DNA from: Acaryochloris marina MBIC11017
GTDB lineage: Bacteria > Cyanobacteriota > Cyanobacteriia > Thermosynechococcales > Thermosynechococcaceae
DNA length: 32,000 nucleotides
Assembly: GCF_000018105.1 (NCBI RefSeq)
Contig: NC_009928.1
Span: 240,001-272,000, forward strand
Reading direction: 5' to 3'
Below the pieces are notes generated by a model that was not told the DNA's origin, made no database searches, and saw nothing but the letters and a program-made list of their open reading frames with translations. Below, in pieces: positions 30,862 through 32,000 of the stretch (position 1 is the stretch's first letter; every line of letters begins with the position of its first letter). Made by a program: the position numbers and the translations under genes.

Positions 30862-32000
30862 GCGGCTTGTTCCTCCTGTTGCTTCAATTTGTGGGATTCA
30901 ACTTCTTGGGTAGAGGGCAGCAAAGCATCCGCAGACACCATGCGGTCGGACATGATTTGTTCTGGAGAATCTAACACCCGCTCTTGGGCTATCCTCTCCA
31001 TCTGCCTATGGACATGGCTGTTGTACATCCGCTCACATTCGGTGAACCGCTGCATGTCCGTGCCATTCCGCTTCTTCAAGTTGAAGCGCATCCGAATGGG
31101 CCGATCATCCATGCCGGGGTTGGTGCAGATAAATTCCCCTTTCTTCAATCGCTTGATATCTGAAGCGGTAATCAACCGCTTCTTCTTCTCCTGTTCATTG
31201 CGGGAGCGGCTGTTGCCCATCTTCCCGTAGCTGCGAGATTTGGAATGGTAGTGCTTGGTGTATTCCCCCAAGTCCGCACTCAGGTCTTCTCGGACTTTGT
31301 AGCTCCCACTCTTGAATATGAATTGGGTGGAGGTGTTATCAAAGATCGACTCTGAGGTCTCAGACTGATATTTAATCTTGGGTTGGCTATAGCTCTGCAT
31401 GGACACAAAGGAATAGAACCCATAGCTCCGATCCAAGGACACCACTTCTTCAAAGCTCGGCAGCATCAATCGGGCGAATTCATCTAGGAACACACCAAAG
31501 GGCCGATCCCGTTCTGTATCCTCATTCAGGTTGCGCTGAATCAGTAGGTGAATAGCAACTGCGACGAGGGGGGCCGTGGCTTTCTTGGCTTGTCCATCCA
31601 ACTCAAAGAAGATGATTTGCTTACCCGGTAGGTCCAAAGGAATGGTGGATTGGGTGGGTTCGCGCCCATCGATGGACAGACAGGGGATGGTCTGCCGATT
31701 GACCATTGGTAAGAGATAGTTGATGCCACTCGCTAATATGCCACCAGCAGTATCTTGGGTGCCCGTCACGCTCATCAGGCCCACGAGCTGTTGCCTCACC
31801 CACATGCCCAAATCGCTATCTACTTTGAATGCCCCTTCTTGGTCCGCCAACTGAATCCGCTCGGCGATGCCCGGCAGGCCCATCAAGGCCCAGACCATCG
31901 GCAAGTCCGCATAGTCTGCCCGCTTTGCCATCATCAGCAATGCTTGTAGAAGGTACTCGGCGTGATTGTCGAAGAAAGGATGCTTGTTCGACATATTGAC
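30858..32000 (-). CDS. type IV coupling protein (VirD4/TraG/TraD family), C-terminal part; the ORF runs off the window
   Basis: The Walker-B region is PFGVFLDEFARLM, followed by VSMQSYSQ and TQFIFKSG, which are typical of T4CPs. No Walker A or TM segments lie within the window, and the frame is still open at 32000. Confidence 0.8.
   Translation of the reverse strand, partial: VNMSNKHPFFDNHAEYLLQALLMMAKRADYADLPMVWALMGLPGIAERIQLADQEGAFKVDSDLGMWVRQQLVGLMSVTGTQDTAGGILASGINYLLPMVNRQTIPCLSIDGREPTQSTIPLDLPGKQIIFFELDGQAKKATAPLVAVAIHLLIQRNLNEDTERDRPFGVFLDEFARLMLPSFEEVVSLDRSYGFYSFVSMQSYSQPKIKYQSETSESIFDNTSTQFIFKSGSYKVREDLSADLGEYTKHYHSKSRSYGKMGNSRSRNEQEKKKRLITASDIKRLKKGEFICTNPGMDDRPIRMRFNLKKRNGTDMQRFTECERMYNSHVHRQMERIAQERVLDSPEQIMSDRMVSADALLPSTQEVESHKLKQQEEQAA

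Overview
The window looks like cyanobacterial plasmid or ICE-type accessory DNA. Supporting this are several HIP1 GCGATCGC octamers, a cyAbrB-type regulator, a group-2-like sigma factor and DUF3854/Toprim 'CyRep-like' chemistry. No rRNA, tRNA, CRISPR array, transposase or integrase is visible. There are three blocks.

(1) ~1-9000 is a patchwork of small genes. It holds two diverged copies of a cassette (163/160-aa unknown protein, DUF4259 protein, HU). It also encodes a set of global regulators: cyAbrB, HU, a sigma-70 factor and a STAS anti-sigma antagonist. HU and DUF4347 gene fragments abut at a rearrangement scar. The long ORF-free stretches carry at least 6 copies of an interspersed ~120-130 bp repeat.

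(2) 9200-17030 encodes an HTH + triple-receiver response regulator with a very recent 438-bp internal tandem duplication. It is followed by a Cache/HAMP hybrid histidine kinase and a 943-aa RTX (GGxGxD) calcium-binding repeat protein.

(3) 17170-32000 is a plasmid maintenance and transfer block.
- A unidirectional minus-strand operon starts with an actin-like (ParM-type) ATPase plus a small acidic-tailed putative adaptor. Unknown genes follow, separated by 45-bp and 42-bp tandem arrays that share the core GGTGGCAYATT.
- A divergent intergenic region carries eight helically phased GTAGTA repeats (candidate centromere or oriT accessory sites).
- A 1869-aa MOBF relaxase / RecD-like helicase / helical-repeat / DUF3854-Toprim fusion ORF follows. 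It hides a well-formed 167-aa coiled-coil ORF in another frame.
- A convergent operon ends the window: a VirD4/TraG-type coupling protein (cut by the window edge), a 118-aa ORF, a 752-aa repeat protein and a 66-aa ORF.

The most interesting unexplained signals are the embedded alternate-frame gene in the relaxase, the three phased repeat arrays around the segregation operon, the interspersed repeat family with its conserved 30-nt box, and the expanding triple-REC regulator. All homology calls come from motif recognition by eye; nothing was searched against a database.
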